Part shown: positions 25,701 through 39,038 of the stretch, piece after piece | Layout: every line of letters begins with the position of its first letter | Numbering within the stretch: position 1 is the first letter of the stretch | From: Catajapyx aquilonaris | Lineage: Eukaryota | NCBI GenBank assembly: GCA_000934665.2 | Contig: KZ538461.1 | Span: 1-64,000, forward strand | DNA: 64,000 nucleotides | Reading direction: 5' to 3' | Position numbers and translations under genes: made by a program | The notes under the pieces: generated by a model | Databases searched by the model: none | What the model saw: the letters and a program-made list of their open reading frames with translations, nothing else | What the model was told of the DNA's origin: nothing

Positions 25701-28700
25701 GGCATTGTGCGGGTCATAAACGGCGCACGTGGTGCCGAGGCGAAACAAAAATGGGAAGGGGATTTTCACAGGGACAGTACAAGTGCCAAGGCGAACTTGC
25801 CGCGAAGGGGGGAAGAAGCTATGTTTTGCAATACTGCTGGTGTAACAATGGGGCCTATTCATACAATTTTCCAGCCAGAGTATGATGCAATGCTCTGCTT
25901 CTTTTTACAGTGTTCCAAAACGCTGGCAGAAATAAAACGTTATGCCACACTTCATAAAATGTATTTGAATTCAGCATGCCATTAAAGGGGCTGTGTATAT
26001 ACATTCTGAACTATATGTGAATTTCTAAAAATTGGTGTAAAGTGCGTACCAAAATGGCAATTCATTCTTGCAGAAACTTCCGTATTGTAATTAAAATTTA
26101 GCCGACATGTCTTAGTTTTTGTCACTAACACATCATTAGCTATGGATGGAACAATATTTTATGGTAACTGAAATAGACAACGATAGCTCAATAGAAATAA
26201 CCCCGAAATTCGTCGAGCGGAACAAACCAGTGTTATACAGAGTATGAACCAACCTGTTCTAACAGTCAAGTGATAAACTACGTAGCTCATGAATAGACTG
26301 AAACTCTCTACACTGTATATATAGTCTACCGTAATATCGCCTCGTGATCTGCAACAGTTTAGCTCACATGTAATGTAAAGTGTGACCTGGAGATAATAAC
26401 AACTAACTCGAACTAACCCATATATTATTATTTTTTTAAGAATATGAACTAAGGGCATTATTCCTTGCGGTACTAACCTAGCACGATTTGAATCTTCCTA
26501 ATAGGACGCACAGAAAACTAAAATATAGATCAGATGATCCGATCCGATAGGTTTTACGGAGCTGATAGCAGCAACGCCTCATTCAGATTTTATTTCCTGT
26601 CGGTTGATCCATCCATGCATAGACAAGGAGTAAGGTCGGTAGCCTTTTGTCGTCCTACACACCATTTCCTCTTACGGTACTTAGCAATTGTGTGGGTGAA
26701 ACACACACAGGAAGAGAGAAAGAAAAAAAAGCGTTATCGTGGGTGGCAACGTATTTAACCTCAGTAATATCTTACAAGTTATTCGCACCCAAACTTTCAT
26801 ATATTCAAGGGTGAATTTTAACCCAGATTACAACTTTTTTTGTAGTCTTTAATCCAGCCAACCACTTACGAAGGACACTGCTCCTGATTAGAATCACCTT
26901 GAACAAAAACCAACGCCACAGTGCGTTTTCCAAATCCGTCGCAGGATATACGAACCCAAGTCATGCTTACATCATCGTATGATTTCAAATCACGACTCGG
27001 GCTAATGAACCTTTTTTTTCCCTTGCCTTTCAAAAATATTCCATTTGCACCTTAATCATTATTTACAAATGTCCTGCTGTTTCGTGTTTTTTTTCCTATA
27101 GAATTTTTTATGGGCGACCTTGCTAATGAGGAAAGGACACAACCGGCCGGATGGGGCTTAGGAGGAGTCGTGCCGCGATAGAAACGAAGAAGCCAGGTGG
27201 TAGAGGATCATTATTCAAATTGAGCAGGGAGGCGTCCCACAAGGAGAATGCAGAATCAAGTTTTCTTCTCTCGGGCGCCTCTTCTCCTCATGCGGAAGGT
27301 CAGGGACCCCTGGTTCAGACGGACCCAGACGACAAATGGTACTTATATCTTCTTTTTAGAAGACGACGGAAGTGGGGAGGGGGTTTGGTAACGACTGTGT
27401 TTTTCGTCTGGGATACTGCGAGGAGGGAATTTTTGTCAACAGGAAGGTCCTTGCTGTGTGTCTGCTGCGATTATTTACCGAAGCGAATTATGACCAGGGA
27501 TTTAGGGTGTGCGTTGAATCTGGCACAGAATGGTAAATATCCACATTGCACAATTGGACTTCCGGATCATTAAAACTATCCGCGTGCTTAACTCCGCTGA
27601 AAATATCCAAATGAACTATGCAGAAAGCATGATGGAATCAGAGGGGTGTGACGATATATAGGCTCATATAACTTGCGTAAGAGAGAGACAACTCTCTTGT
27701 CACTTGCAGCGTGTCGGGAATGCTCGAAAAAAGGACGTAACAATGTGCGCGATGACAGGCGAGTTTTCACTCTTTTTTTTCCTTGTGCTAAAGATCATAT
27801 CCTTATTTTTGCTGGTTGTTCAATACCCTCATTCTTTGAATCGGAAAGCATTTGCGCAATGGATTGGCGCAACTGCTTTATCTGCTATCGTCGCATCAGA
27901 ACAGTGGTTGCTGGATAAGATTGGAGCGATGAACAATTTGATGGTTGCATATCTCTCAACACCTACCTGGATTGTTCGGGCAGGCCAGTTCAGGACCTTC
28001 GTCACTTCCGTCGGTGCATTGTGGTATTCCGTCGCAGGCGTTGTAGATGGCCAAACATTCGCCATTAGAGCGGCATTCGAATTGATACGGGTTGCATCTT
28101 CGCACTAGAAGATAGGAAGGCAACAATGAGACTCCAGGTACAAAAGCTCTGGTGTAAATGAACTATCGACCTCAATTCCACATGCCATTCAGTATGAAAA
28201 TAATAGTGATCCAGTCTTCCGTCAAACGATAACAGATCTGGTGGGAGAAAAAAAAAGACGGGCGTACAAAGGAGCATATTACATTGTTTTCCCACACACT
28301 GTTGTCCGGAACGCATTTCCGCCCCGAAAAAAGTGGGTCTCCGGAGCGAGATGTTCCGTGATTAGCTACTGCAAACCATACAGCTTTTTTTGCTACATGA
28401 CATTCAGCCCGGGAAAGTACGAGTCAATTGCGAACTCCAACAATGCCAGTTTACCTTTTGCATTTTGGCCTACTTCTCTCGCTGGAGTTTTTTTTTTGTT
28501 GATGTTGTTTCTATGTACCTATGTGCCGTCAGTATGTAACGGGATCATGATGTTCAGTGGGTGGAGACGTACGCCCAAAAAATGCGAGATGCTGGCTGAT
28601 AAGGTTGGGTCACGAGTTTTTAGACAGCGTTTTAAGCAAACAATTTTAATATGCATGTCACATCCAGCTTGAAAGTCGCAGGTTCGAGCATCCTGCTGGT

Positions 28701-31700
28701 GGGCTGGTTTCGAAATTATAATATGAAAAAAAAGAAGCAAATGTAACGTGGCGCCAAAATTGGAAGTTAGTTAGTTCATATTTTAATTGGCGAGGTCATG
28801 ATTTCTGGGTCAGGGATTATATCGGAAGTAAATTGTCGCAAGGTTTTTGGTCATGCTCTGTATGATCCCTTGGAGCCAATTTCCGCTGTATCAGTGAAAA
28901 TAAGTAGGGTGTCGCAGCACCCCTGTGCGTTAGTCAAAATATGACCGAAAGAGATGTAGCGGGACTTTCAACTTACGGTGGACCTGTCATGATATGTGTT
29001 GCTAGTCTACAAGTGGGCCTGACGAATTTGGAAACAGTGCATATTACTCAGCGGCAGTGATTCGCTACGAACCTGCTGGCGGTCTGTCTTTTCGGACAGC
29101 AAGAGAGCTTACCGTAATATACGGTATAATACCAACACATGTACTGTATGTTTCTGGCCTATAATTAGGTAATTTTATGGGGATCTAACATTTTATTTCA
29201 ACATTTACGGGTAGGTCATGATACTGCTGTATGCATAAATAATGGATTATCCGAGATAAGTGTGACAGGTCAGGTGGGCGTCACAGGTTAGGATTGACCA
29301 CGTGATTTTGGGAAGTTACTCGGTTACATGCGTCATTCTAGCTCTTGTTCACGAACGAGGAAGGCTGACTACAACTGGATTACGTCGCGATTTGCTCCAA
29401 TCCAGATCCTGATTTGCGGCAGATTGTAGATAGACTATCAATGAAAATGATATCGACTTACTTGGCGTTACAGTATAGACTACTTGAGTGCAGATGAATG
29501 ATAGGTATAGTGCCACTCTCTGAAGGACCACGGTTTATGCAGGACGCTGCATATTGTCAGTTTCAGTCTTTCAGACCACGAGAGAGTTCCGTCACCCTCT
29601 TGTACGAGTAATAAGCTCCCGAGTTCGGTAATGGGCCAGTCAACATGAAACTCATCAGTAAAAATAAGTTTTGACATGATCTATACTGATTGTAATGAAA
29701 TATTGCACATAGCAAGGTACCATAGATGATTAGCCAGATTTTAATTTTATCGGACGTAATTCGGGCGTAATTTCTTTATTTGATGGCTATATGTGCAACT
29801 ATAACATCAGTAGTCTACGTAGTACATGCCTATTGTTGGAAAACTCGTGAGCAAGCTCATTTCCCTATCACATTATGATAATTGTATTTAATTAATTACT
29901 TTTCTATTAAATCATGTCATTTGATATTTGAGCTCATTTTTCCAAATCCAATTTTAAAAAATCTTGCATATAAATATGGCTACGGAAAGGTCATATGGCG
30001 CTAATATTCACGGTGAGCACTGCAGAATCTGCCGAGAAATTAATTCATACCATGATGTACTTTTTGACCTGACCTTCCCAGCTTTTAATGAAAATTTGCG
30101 CATAGTACGGTAATGTGGAGTGCACTAATGTCCCTAACATTACTGCTCCTGGACAATCCACGCCCGCTCGGGAGGTCACTGCAGATTGACCCAAAGTAAT
30201 AAATGTGTCCCATATAGTCAGTGACCTCTCCTCCGGGCGTGGATTGTCTGGTAGCAGTCACGTTACCTTACTACGAGCGTATGTGCAAAATTTCATTGAA
30301 AGTTTAGGAGGTCGTGTCAAATAGTTTAATTTAAATGGCTTCGGATTACATGTCCTGGCCCATTTTCAATAATTTTAATCTACCACAGTGCAGGGTCAAA
30401 AAGTGATGTTTCTGGCACTTGAGCTGCCAACAGTACGGAAAGCAGGTGCCGAATCACATCAGACTCTGGTACATTATTCTTTATTGAGGAGAGTCGTGTT
30501 CACGGACGAGTGCGGGGTGTGTCTAACTTGTGGGTTCCAGAGCGAGGAATGTAGTGTTTTGTTCCCACCATAACCCCTACTTTGTCCATGAGGTCAAAAA
30601 TCATCTTCCTCACGCCATGAAGCACTATGAGTGACGCATTCCTTCTTTTCAATCCCAGCCTCATGCGCTGCATGACGCGTAGCACATGGGGTCACATTTT
30701 CACCTGTACCGGTACCGATACAAATAGTGAATGTACATGCAAAGTAATCCTTATATCAAGCTACATAATTTATCGTCTACAAGTTTAGAAGTAAGGGACC
30801 TTTGATCGCACTGTATACAGTGTAAGGGTCAAGTTCGTTAATTTATTAGGCCCTTATGCACAGTGGATTTTCGAAAATCAAGTTTTCTGCATGTGAGTAG
30901 TAAGCTTAGTTTTTAATTTACATCAATTTTGGGTGCCATGACATCTGAAATGTATCGCTTTTGCCTCATGTGTGTGCCATATACGTGGGCAATAATTCTG
31001 CATACATCACCAGTACGACACAACTTAGTCCATTGGGCCGATTTAGAATATCTACAGGCAAATGTCGCAGGTGCAAGTTGCGAGCGCAGCGTACGCGACA
31101 TCGACACTTGGACTCCACGCGGTCGCCGACCAAATCCGATTCGGAACAGGAATCTAGATGCCACCATATTTTGTGGAACATGTGTGCAAAAATGGCCTTG
31201 TAAAGGTAGTTTAGCGGAAGCATAACCGAGAGCCCACAGTATATACCCCCCACCTGTCTCACCTGAACCCCCCTGCGCCCCCACCTTCTCCCACATCCAC
31301 AACGAGCCCTCCCCTCTCCCCAACCTCATTCCCCCACCTTATCCACCTGAGCTGAGGGATCCAACCTACCTCCTCAGTCACACCTCGACCGTTCTCCCCA
31401 CCGTACCTATCAGACATAGGTTCGTCCCACGTGGGGGTTACCATCCACACGCACAATAGAATCCCGCTAGTGATCTTTGAGATTGATGGGACGCGTGTGA
31501 TCTGATCGTCCAGATTTCAAGTGCTGATTAGGGACCAATTTTCGTTCGTTTTTTACTGACGCACCAAGATGACATCTAAACTGCGACGACCGCCTCTGTT
31601 TGGCTACGACAGCGGATTGGGACTGCCCATTTACACGCAGTATAACTACAAGGTGAGTCGGCAGGAATTTCATTTTCGAATCTGATATTTAGTATCTGTG

Positions 31701-34700
31701 GAATGTGTATAATACAATGTGTGTACATGTATAGGATAGATTGTGCGGGTACAGCTTTTTTATTGGCATTAAAACCAGTCATTCCCTTTTACTGTCCACA
31801 GCAGGTTCACAGATACGGTCATAAACCGCCTATTGGGAACTAATTCAACTCAATTAATCAGAGCTTGTACGCCGGTATCTGATCTGTAATTTTTTTGCTA
31901 ATAGTGAAAGAACTGTCATTTGCACAGCGTTTTCTACTTATAATACCGGTACTCAGCTGCAGATAGGGAGTAAAATTATAGGCAAAAGTCTCACAGAAAA
32001 CGACGTGTTGATAAGCCAAGTGGCACAAGTTAACATTTAGACCCTACGAAACATATTTACGCCACTAGTGTCGCAAGTCGGTTTCATGCGAGCGTTTCCC
32101 TCACGCTATCCACCCCCTCAACTCCTGGAGTGTAAAACCCAGCAAAAATGCACAACTCATTTAAATGCACATTATGATCTCTGGGGAAAAAACCCGTCCA
32201 TTATTCTTTAAAAAAAAATGGCAACCACCACCTTTCTCAACGTGCGCCCACACACTCCTTTATAATTTCATTTTCCTGCGGTCACGGTCTTGTTGACTAT
32301 TATTTTTGTTATCTACATTTTTACTTCTTCTACGCATTCGAAACTCACCCCCGGAGAATCCGACACTTTCTCCAACATCCTAAAGAGAAGGTAAGCACAC
32401 CGCAAATGACGGAAAGGAATCTCCCTCATCGGATTTCCTAAGCAATTTCTTTTGGCATGCAAGCAAAACCCCGTGACCATTGCCCTATTACACTCCGGTA
32501 TTTCAAGGTACACTTTTATCCTGCAATTGAAATACCTATTACGCTTGAATGATACGGGCATGTGATTGCTTCAAGTTCGCCTCGACTACTTCCTGCTGGT
32601 GTTATCAGTCGCGTTTTAAAATTTGCGCCCTTGTCCCTGCAAGGTTCGCATGATTTACGGGATGCAAAAGGCGGTTCCTATACCTGAAAAGCAAAAAATG
32701 AAATTGCTACGTGTAATTTTTAAACGGGAGAAACACTAGAAATAAATATAACAATAGCACCAGGTACATCATGATTGGTTAGAGATCAGCCTGGCTCATT
32801 CCCATTGGTTGATCCATGCGTGTGTCTCAAATCTTGGAAATCCACATTATTCTAATAACCAGATAGCCACCCACTCAAAACTAATTAACAGGGCACAGGA
32901 AGACACATTTTGACCAACGATAGCTACACCGTTAACTTTCGCATTTCAATATCATAGTAGCACATCAGGCCAGGATTGTTGGGAACTGAGACGATCGCCT
33001 TGCAAAAGAATGGCCATTAGCTTTGTTACAGGGTCACTAGGCTTCAAAGGTAATGTCAAGAGCGTGGGAAGCATCGGACGACAATAGGATCCCCAGTTGG
33101 CCTGGTTTCTCAGCAACAATGACCTGTCCCAAATGTTGCATTTATTGACCCCTACCATTGTGCAAAAAAAAAAAATGTGGCGGTCCGTGACGTCGAGTTC
33201 GACAGCTCGTAATGTGAAAGGACTTGAGGAACGCTCAGTACGTGCAGAAATGTTGGCCTCGCGACGCTTTGTGAGTCCGTGCGAGATATGGAAATATTCA
33301 CGCACTTTACTACATTTTTCACACTGACAGGGGCGGACCAAAAAAATGCTCGGCATTTTTTTGGTACCTCCCGGTTCCTCGTTTTTTTGTCCAAGCATCT
33401 CGATTTCGGGCCAGCCTTCTACGGTTTAGAAAGTAACACTTTGACCTGATTCCGGATGGCGGGTTCATCTTTTACGGGCCGGTGATGTTGAGAAACTGGG
33501 CGTTTCTATAAAAATGACGTAATTGTGAAATTATAGCAATTTTTCTGCAATTCTTCGCATTTTTTTCATTCATGGCGGTTCCAGTGTTGTTGTTGACAAG
33601 TCCGAAATTCAAGGCCGATATCCTGAATGGCAACCTTTTTGTCGCGTATTTTGATCAGCTGACACTGGATCGTCAGTGAAGCGCCACTATGTAGGATGGG
33701 CAAAAAAAAGAAGCCAGTTATACGGGTTCCCTTTTTTTTTTTCTTGCTAGAAGGTCGTTCACCCAAGTTTGCCAACGGGATCCTACCTTCTTCCTTGGAA
33801 AATACTGTAGGATACACGTACGCCTAGATGCGGACTGAATTTCACACGCAATTTGGGACTGAACGCCCATTTTCGTAATAACTTATATATGCAAAAAAAA
33901 AGTGCATAGGAGGCAAATGATTCCGTTACTAGGTCATACGTATTAGACAGCATAGGAGGTGAATGTGCATACAACAGTGTGTAATGGTGACTGAATGGAC
34001 GCACAATAGATGAAAGGGATTGGGGTCGATAGCTAGGATTAATACACAAGGGAAAGTAAAGGGATCTACGACAAACAATCTGACAGATGGTTCTCAATAA
34101 TGGGGCGTGAGAAGTAGCACATTGACTTGCCTTTGCGTATGGCGCGTATGGTGAGGACGTCTGCAACATATTTTTTTGCAACATATTGTTACTTAAGAAT
34201 ATAATAATTTCTGTGTTTTAAAATGGAAGAAACTGCATATTATTTTCCCCCGACTAAAATTCGAACTAGAGAAAACACGAGAAAACTGATTCCAGGCCCG
34301 AGCCCTGCGCATGTGTGTATGATACATGGTTTATAATAACATATACCGGTACCGGTATTAATTGTAATATTAATATTAATACACCTTTAGTGCATGAGCA
34401 GAAAACTTGCGGATAGATTCAGGTTTCATGTTTTGGTTTAGTTATATTTTTTGTCGGAGTCGATCTACAACAATAAAATTTCTGTGTAATTGATTAGGAA
34501 GGAGTCGTTTCACAGCACGTTACATTGTGATCAGTGGGTTCACATTCTTTATCACTCGACCATTATAAATGAGAAATCATGAAGGAGCACATTAATTGGT
34601 GTGTAACTCTATCGACACACCATCCGCTCTGAATGGGAATGACTTTCACCCTAGGTTTTTTGCCACTTGCTCTATGGTATCTGGCTCTTTATTATTCTTT

Positions 34701-37700
34701 CAGCTCGTGCAAGAGGTAGTTAGTGAGAGTGACGTGGTAGGTGTCGCACCTGCAAATAAAATTTAAGTCCAAAGTCATGTTGTTGAGCTCACATCAGCAG
34801 AACCTGCTCAAGTGATTTGTCTTAGTGTCATCCGGTATTCCATGCCGTACAGTATACAGGATTCAGCCTCCAAAACACCGCATATGTCCCAGCCGAAAAT
34901 GTCAAACTAAGGGAGGAGTTTTTTTCTTTCTTTTTTTTTTGGCGCAAACCCGTATTGAGCGAGTGTGCAAATGTGGGCGGGCGATATACTCGAAAGAGTT
35001 AGTGTCATTTGAGAGGGTGTGCAAAAAAACAAACCGAAGGACGACTTTTGGCTTAGCTCCGTTTGGTACCCAAGCAAGACCGCACGACAGCATTTCGACA
35101 CGCCCTTTTTCCACACAAAAGGCACCTCTATTTCAGGAGTCCCTCTAACTGGGTCCTTGCACGAAAATTATCCTAAGAAAATTCTAATTAGCAGCTCCAT
35201 GCAATAGAGATGAGGGGAGTGTTTCAGGGACAAAGACACGCTTGGTGAAGATGCCTAATTCATATTCTGTCCATGTTGATGTGTGAGTACATGATATGTG
35301 AGAATGTTTTAGTAAGAGGGAGCCAAACTATATGTCTAGCTGGCTATTAGAAGAAAATGTAGATAGTCTCCATCACGAAGACCTTTCCGGCTAGGATGAC
35401 ATATGTGAGAATGGATATGTGGTCTTCACCTTGCTACATATACCAGGCACTCATTAAACCAGACTTCGAGTGTCACTTGAACTGGCAAGGTGAAGGCCAC
35501 ATTTGCATTCTCACATTTATATGGGACCATCACCTTGTCAGTTTATAGAACAGTTCAAGGTGAAGGCCACATATACAAGATGTGAGAATGCATAATTATG
35601 TAGCCTTCACCTTGCCAGCTTATAGAACAGTTCAAATGACAGGACTCATATTTCTGCATGTTAATAACTCGCTGAGAAACTCTACGCATATATAAATGGC
35701 ATGCTCTAATTTTTATTGTTCGAAATAATTCTAGCGAGTTTGGTGAATGAAATTGCGGAATCATTGCTTGACTTGCGGCGCTTTTCAATCCGGACCAAAA
35801 GTGAGGAAATGTGCTGCGTAACTGAGTGGAATGTGTCCGATGGCCGTAATATTTCACTGCGCTTTTAGCGGTGCAATAAAGTCAGTGGGACTGGGCGATG
35901 AAAGCGTGACGTTATTTTGCAAAATGCTTCTTTGTTTCCTCACAAGTGCACTAAGCAAGATGAATTTCTGACGGAAGAAGAGTGGCGGAAGAACAGTCTC
36001 AGTGTTTTGGATCAAATTCAAAATAATTTGACTGTGTCACATGCAAAATATTTCATTAGCACCAAATGAATTCATTAATATTGTCGAGTGCTTAAATCGC
36101 ACGATTTTAAAGAACGTTCCTGGATTCCGCTATTTGCGATTTTTTTTGCCTATTTTATGGCTGCTTAACCACATGCGAAGGATATTTCAAACCGTCAGTT
36201 ACCTTGCACAATCTGTTGATTTTGAGCTGTAGCGTGTAGGTAACCAATTTGTTGCGATCAAGTGATTGAAGCAGAATAGAGGCCGTACGGTTATTTTTTT
36301 AAACGCCATATTAACTTTCAGAATGCGAGATTTAAAAGTTTAAATATAGTCTGTATATATGCCGCTGACAAGATCGCAGCATTGTGGTCTATTTTAAGAT
36401 AATGATACATTATTATCCTTCGTCATCAACTGTTACCGTTGGTGGTTTTGTGGGCACGTCAAGGTTCATGGTATAGGACACCCTAATGGATGGTATGAAT
36501 TACCAGCGCCACACGAAGTCTCCTAATAATGCCCCTTGCTCCTTCCGTTTTTTTTTTTGTGTACATAAGAACTCGAAATGTCTGGGTGATACGCTCATCA
36601 ATCGAAGGAAGGACGCAGATAAAAGCTCGCATACTTTTATCACACGGTCGCCATCTTTAGCTGTTTTTTTTTTTTTTTAGAACCTTATTTTTTGGATCCA
36701 GGTGGGTCTCTTGTAATATAAAGCATCCAGCATGACTAATTGCGTTGGTAGGTGCGCAAGTCATTAACGGGAAGGTTTCAAGTGGTAGGGAAGTGTCAAA
36801 TGTTCGGATGTGGGTTTTAGAAAATCCTAACCGGAAGCTTTCGTCAAGTGGAGAAAGTTGGGGACATTTTTTCTCTTCAGCTCACAAATTTTGAAGTGTG
36901 ACATTTTTTTGACCCGGATGAGTGACAGGTAGGACACCGTGCAAGTGTCGAAATGGGTAACAATAAACGATACATGGAAATAAGGAGGCTACTGCTACAT
37001 TTGCGAAATCTGACCTCGAAGTGTGACATATGATGAATCAAACGATGCTGAAAAATGGGTCAGTAACAGTCGACTGAGATAAATAATGGATAGGTATGAA
37101 CCGCTCGAGGCTGAGTTACACAAGTGGCGACAATACACTGCGCTGTCAGATCGTCATAGGGTCATCATACCGTAACGGATGTGACAGGTGCACAAGATTA
37201 GAGAGTTCATATCATGTTAAGGAAAATAGAGTGAAAAGTCCTTGACACTACAATGCCATATTTTGAGTATATTATGAACAAATTGCGTGGGATGACCCAG
37301 TATTAGAAAATGTGGGCCATGCTACCCGATAACACTTTTTTTTAAATCAATCACAGCAAATGGCAGCTAAGGTGAGAATAACAAAGGGATTTTTTGAGAG
37401 ATTTCTGCGAAGCAAGCTGTGAAGGCATGACGCGGGACATTTACTTTTATGTAATGACACGAAAGGAGATTCGTGGAGCGTAGAAGGCATAGCGGTTTTC
37501 TTAGCCAAGCAGAGAAAGTGAAGGGAGGAAAAGACTAGAAACAAAAATGAAAAAAACAAAAAATCCAGAAAACTATAGCAATATGGTCCGAATTAGAGCG
37601 GCTATACGGCCAAGGAGCAACTTTCAGGATTGCTTCAGCAGCTTACAAACTTCTCTCTGCGCTTCAACCACTTTAATTGGGACGCTGTTTGACCCATTTT

Positions 37701-39038
37701 AGCCACGATCGAAATACGGTTGCAAAAGAAGCGCATTCCCCACGTTCCATATCAGTAGGCCTACTGACAAATGCGCCTGTGGTACTTCAGGATCCAGATT
37801 GTTGGAGAACAGATAAGGAAATTTCTCAAGGTGAGGCCTGTAGATTTGTACTACCACCACCACCACGGTTAAAAAACAGCAAAATGCACGGGATGTTCAG
37901 TATTTGTCATACCGTATCGCACTATTGTGGCTTATTGTGGCTCGGACTGTAGAGCCATCTAGCGTGAAGAACCGCGCACTCCTGTCTGTGGCCGTAACCT
38001 TGGCGCCATCTGGTAGGCATACTGACAACTACTAACTACTGTAACCACATGACGACTGCAGTCACACTCACATTGACAATGTAATTGAAAGCCTTGGTGC
38101 AAAAACCAAACTGTCCTCATTATTTTGATTGAAAATTGGTCAACAGGTGCTGTTGGCTTCTCTGCATGTTTTGGTGCAACAATCAAGCTTGTCATCCTAA
38201 TCACTTGTTAAATTTAATGAGCTCGCAATGTATTTATTTTTAGTTACCTGATTTTTGCACCAAAGTTGTGGCCATCATCAACGGAGACAGGGGTCATGCA
38301 GATAGATTGTATAATTAGACATACCAGTCATGGTGGTCTTGGTGGCGGCTTTGATTGGGGGCATCGCGGGTGTCGATGTCGTGTGTGGCACAGTAGGTGG
38401 AACAGTAGGTGCTTCAATTCTCTCCTTGATTCTGGAATTTGTAAAAGTTAGGCCGATTTTTTTTTTAATGGGCAGGATATGGACTGACCTCAGATTGGTC
38501 AGCTCTTGCTCATGCTTGCTCTGGTCGCTCCATCTGTCCAGGTCAAGATTATGTCTGTTGACGCTGAGTATGGCGCTAGTGTAGTGGTCATGACCCGCGA
38601 ACTTACACCGGAAGTCATCAGGAGAGCCACAGTCGAATAGGTAGCAACTTCCTGCACTCTGATAACAAAAAATAAGTGTCATTAGATATTAATTCCAAGC
38701 ATTTAGTGAACAACAAGACTGACCTTTTCTTCGTACACGATCACATTACATGCGGTGGTCTCGCAACACAACTTGAGACAATCCTCCTTGGAGCCCACCT
38801 CAGTCACATTGATGAACTTGGCCCCTAGAACCCTGGACTCCTGGGTTCGGATGATGGTGTTCACATTGGCGTCGAAGGTGTCCAAGCAGGTGCCCAATTC
38901 ATATTCATACCTGTCCGAGATGGCCAACCTTTTCTTCAGCTTCCTGTTTGTGCCAGCCTCACTCTCGGTCCTGGCATCACTCACACCCATAGAGGAAAGC
39001 AACCACATGTAAAAGAACAACTCGGACAACGACGTCAT
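13755..39038 (-). CDS. LRP11: LRP11-like type I membrane protein (signal peptide, MANSC, LDLa, Pro/Gln-rich stalk, TM, short tail), about 786 aa. Exons: 39038-38724, 38658-38489, 38431-38325, 28104-27967, 23557-22937, 22734-22647, 21853-21651, 20577-20267, 16591-16462, 14091-13948, 13888-13755
   Basis: The GT-AG junctions have compatible phases and sum to 2361 nt. MANSC: CLDTFD..TIIRTQESRVLGAKF..CLKLCCETTACNVIVYE..CYLFDCGSPDDFRCKF. LDLa: CNPYQFECRSNGECLAIYNACDGIPQCTDGSDEGPELAC. TM and tail: GAVLALTLGLSITAILLVLVGCRLRAVRRRLL..DADYLVNGMYL*, matching the LRP11-type C-terminus. The start ATG and the middle low-complexity exons are less certain. Confidence 0.8.
14767..15373. mobile_element. Tc1/pogo (Tigger-like) non-autonomous DNA transposon
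   Basis: TA-cagtaaaacttctataagt ... acttatagaagttttactg-TA, with multiple subterminal ttcgagtta/ttcgactta repeats. Confidence 0.85.
16683..16964 (-). mobile_element. tRNA-derived SINE
   Basis: The minus-strand head has A box TGGCATAGTGG and B box GGTTCGAATCC. There is a perfect 15-bp TSD, ggtaggcctaatata (16668-16682 and 16965-16979). Confidence 0.85.
17156..19120 (+). mobile_element. Degenerate mariner transposon (transposase pseudogene), interrupted by a nested element
   Basis: TA-flanked TIRs tgagggctgttcaaaaaa / ttttttgaacagtcctcg. Frameshifted transposase fragments: EKQRVCVKF, SRSKVKVMLVV, WILHHGNAPAHTS and PYSPDLAPADFLLYSKLK. Confidence 0.85.
17608..18658. mobile_element. TA-flanked DNA element nested in the mariner copy
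   Basis: TA-gggtaaaccgtacagtgatggcc ... ggccatgactgtatggtttacgttaccc-TA. Removing it rejoins mariner coding sequence (ttg TA c cag aat gtt ttg). Internal ggccat(c/t/g)act repeats are present. Confidence 0.7.
30063..30321. mobile_element. Old palindromic MITE-like inverted repeat
   Basis: ggacaatccacgcccg..gaggtcactg vs cagtgacctc..cgggcgtggattgtct; the outer arms are aatgaaaatttgcgcata vs tatgtgcaaaatttcatt. Confidence 0.65.
35290..35642. repeat. Cluster of short direct and inverted repeats
   Basis: atgtgagaatg occurs three times plus its inverse cattctcacat; caaggtgaaggccacat occurs twice plus the inverse cttcaccttg; ttatagaacagttcaa occurs twice. Confidence 0.65.

Noticed and set aside
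23558..38324. Nested genes or known miRNAs in the large introns (also 42417-51807)
   Set aside because: The short ORFs show no recognisable domains or consistent exon chains, and I recognised no conserved mature miRNA by eye. A proper Rfam/miRBase search is still needed.
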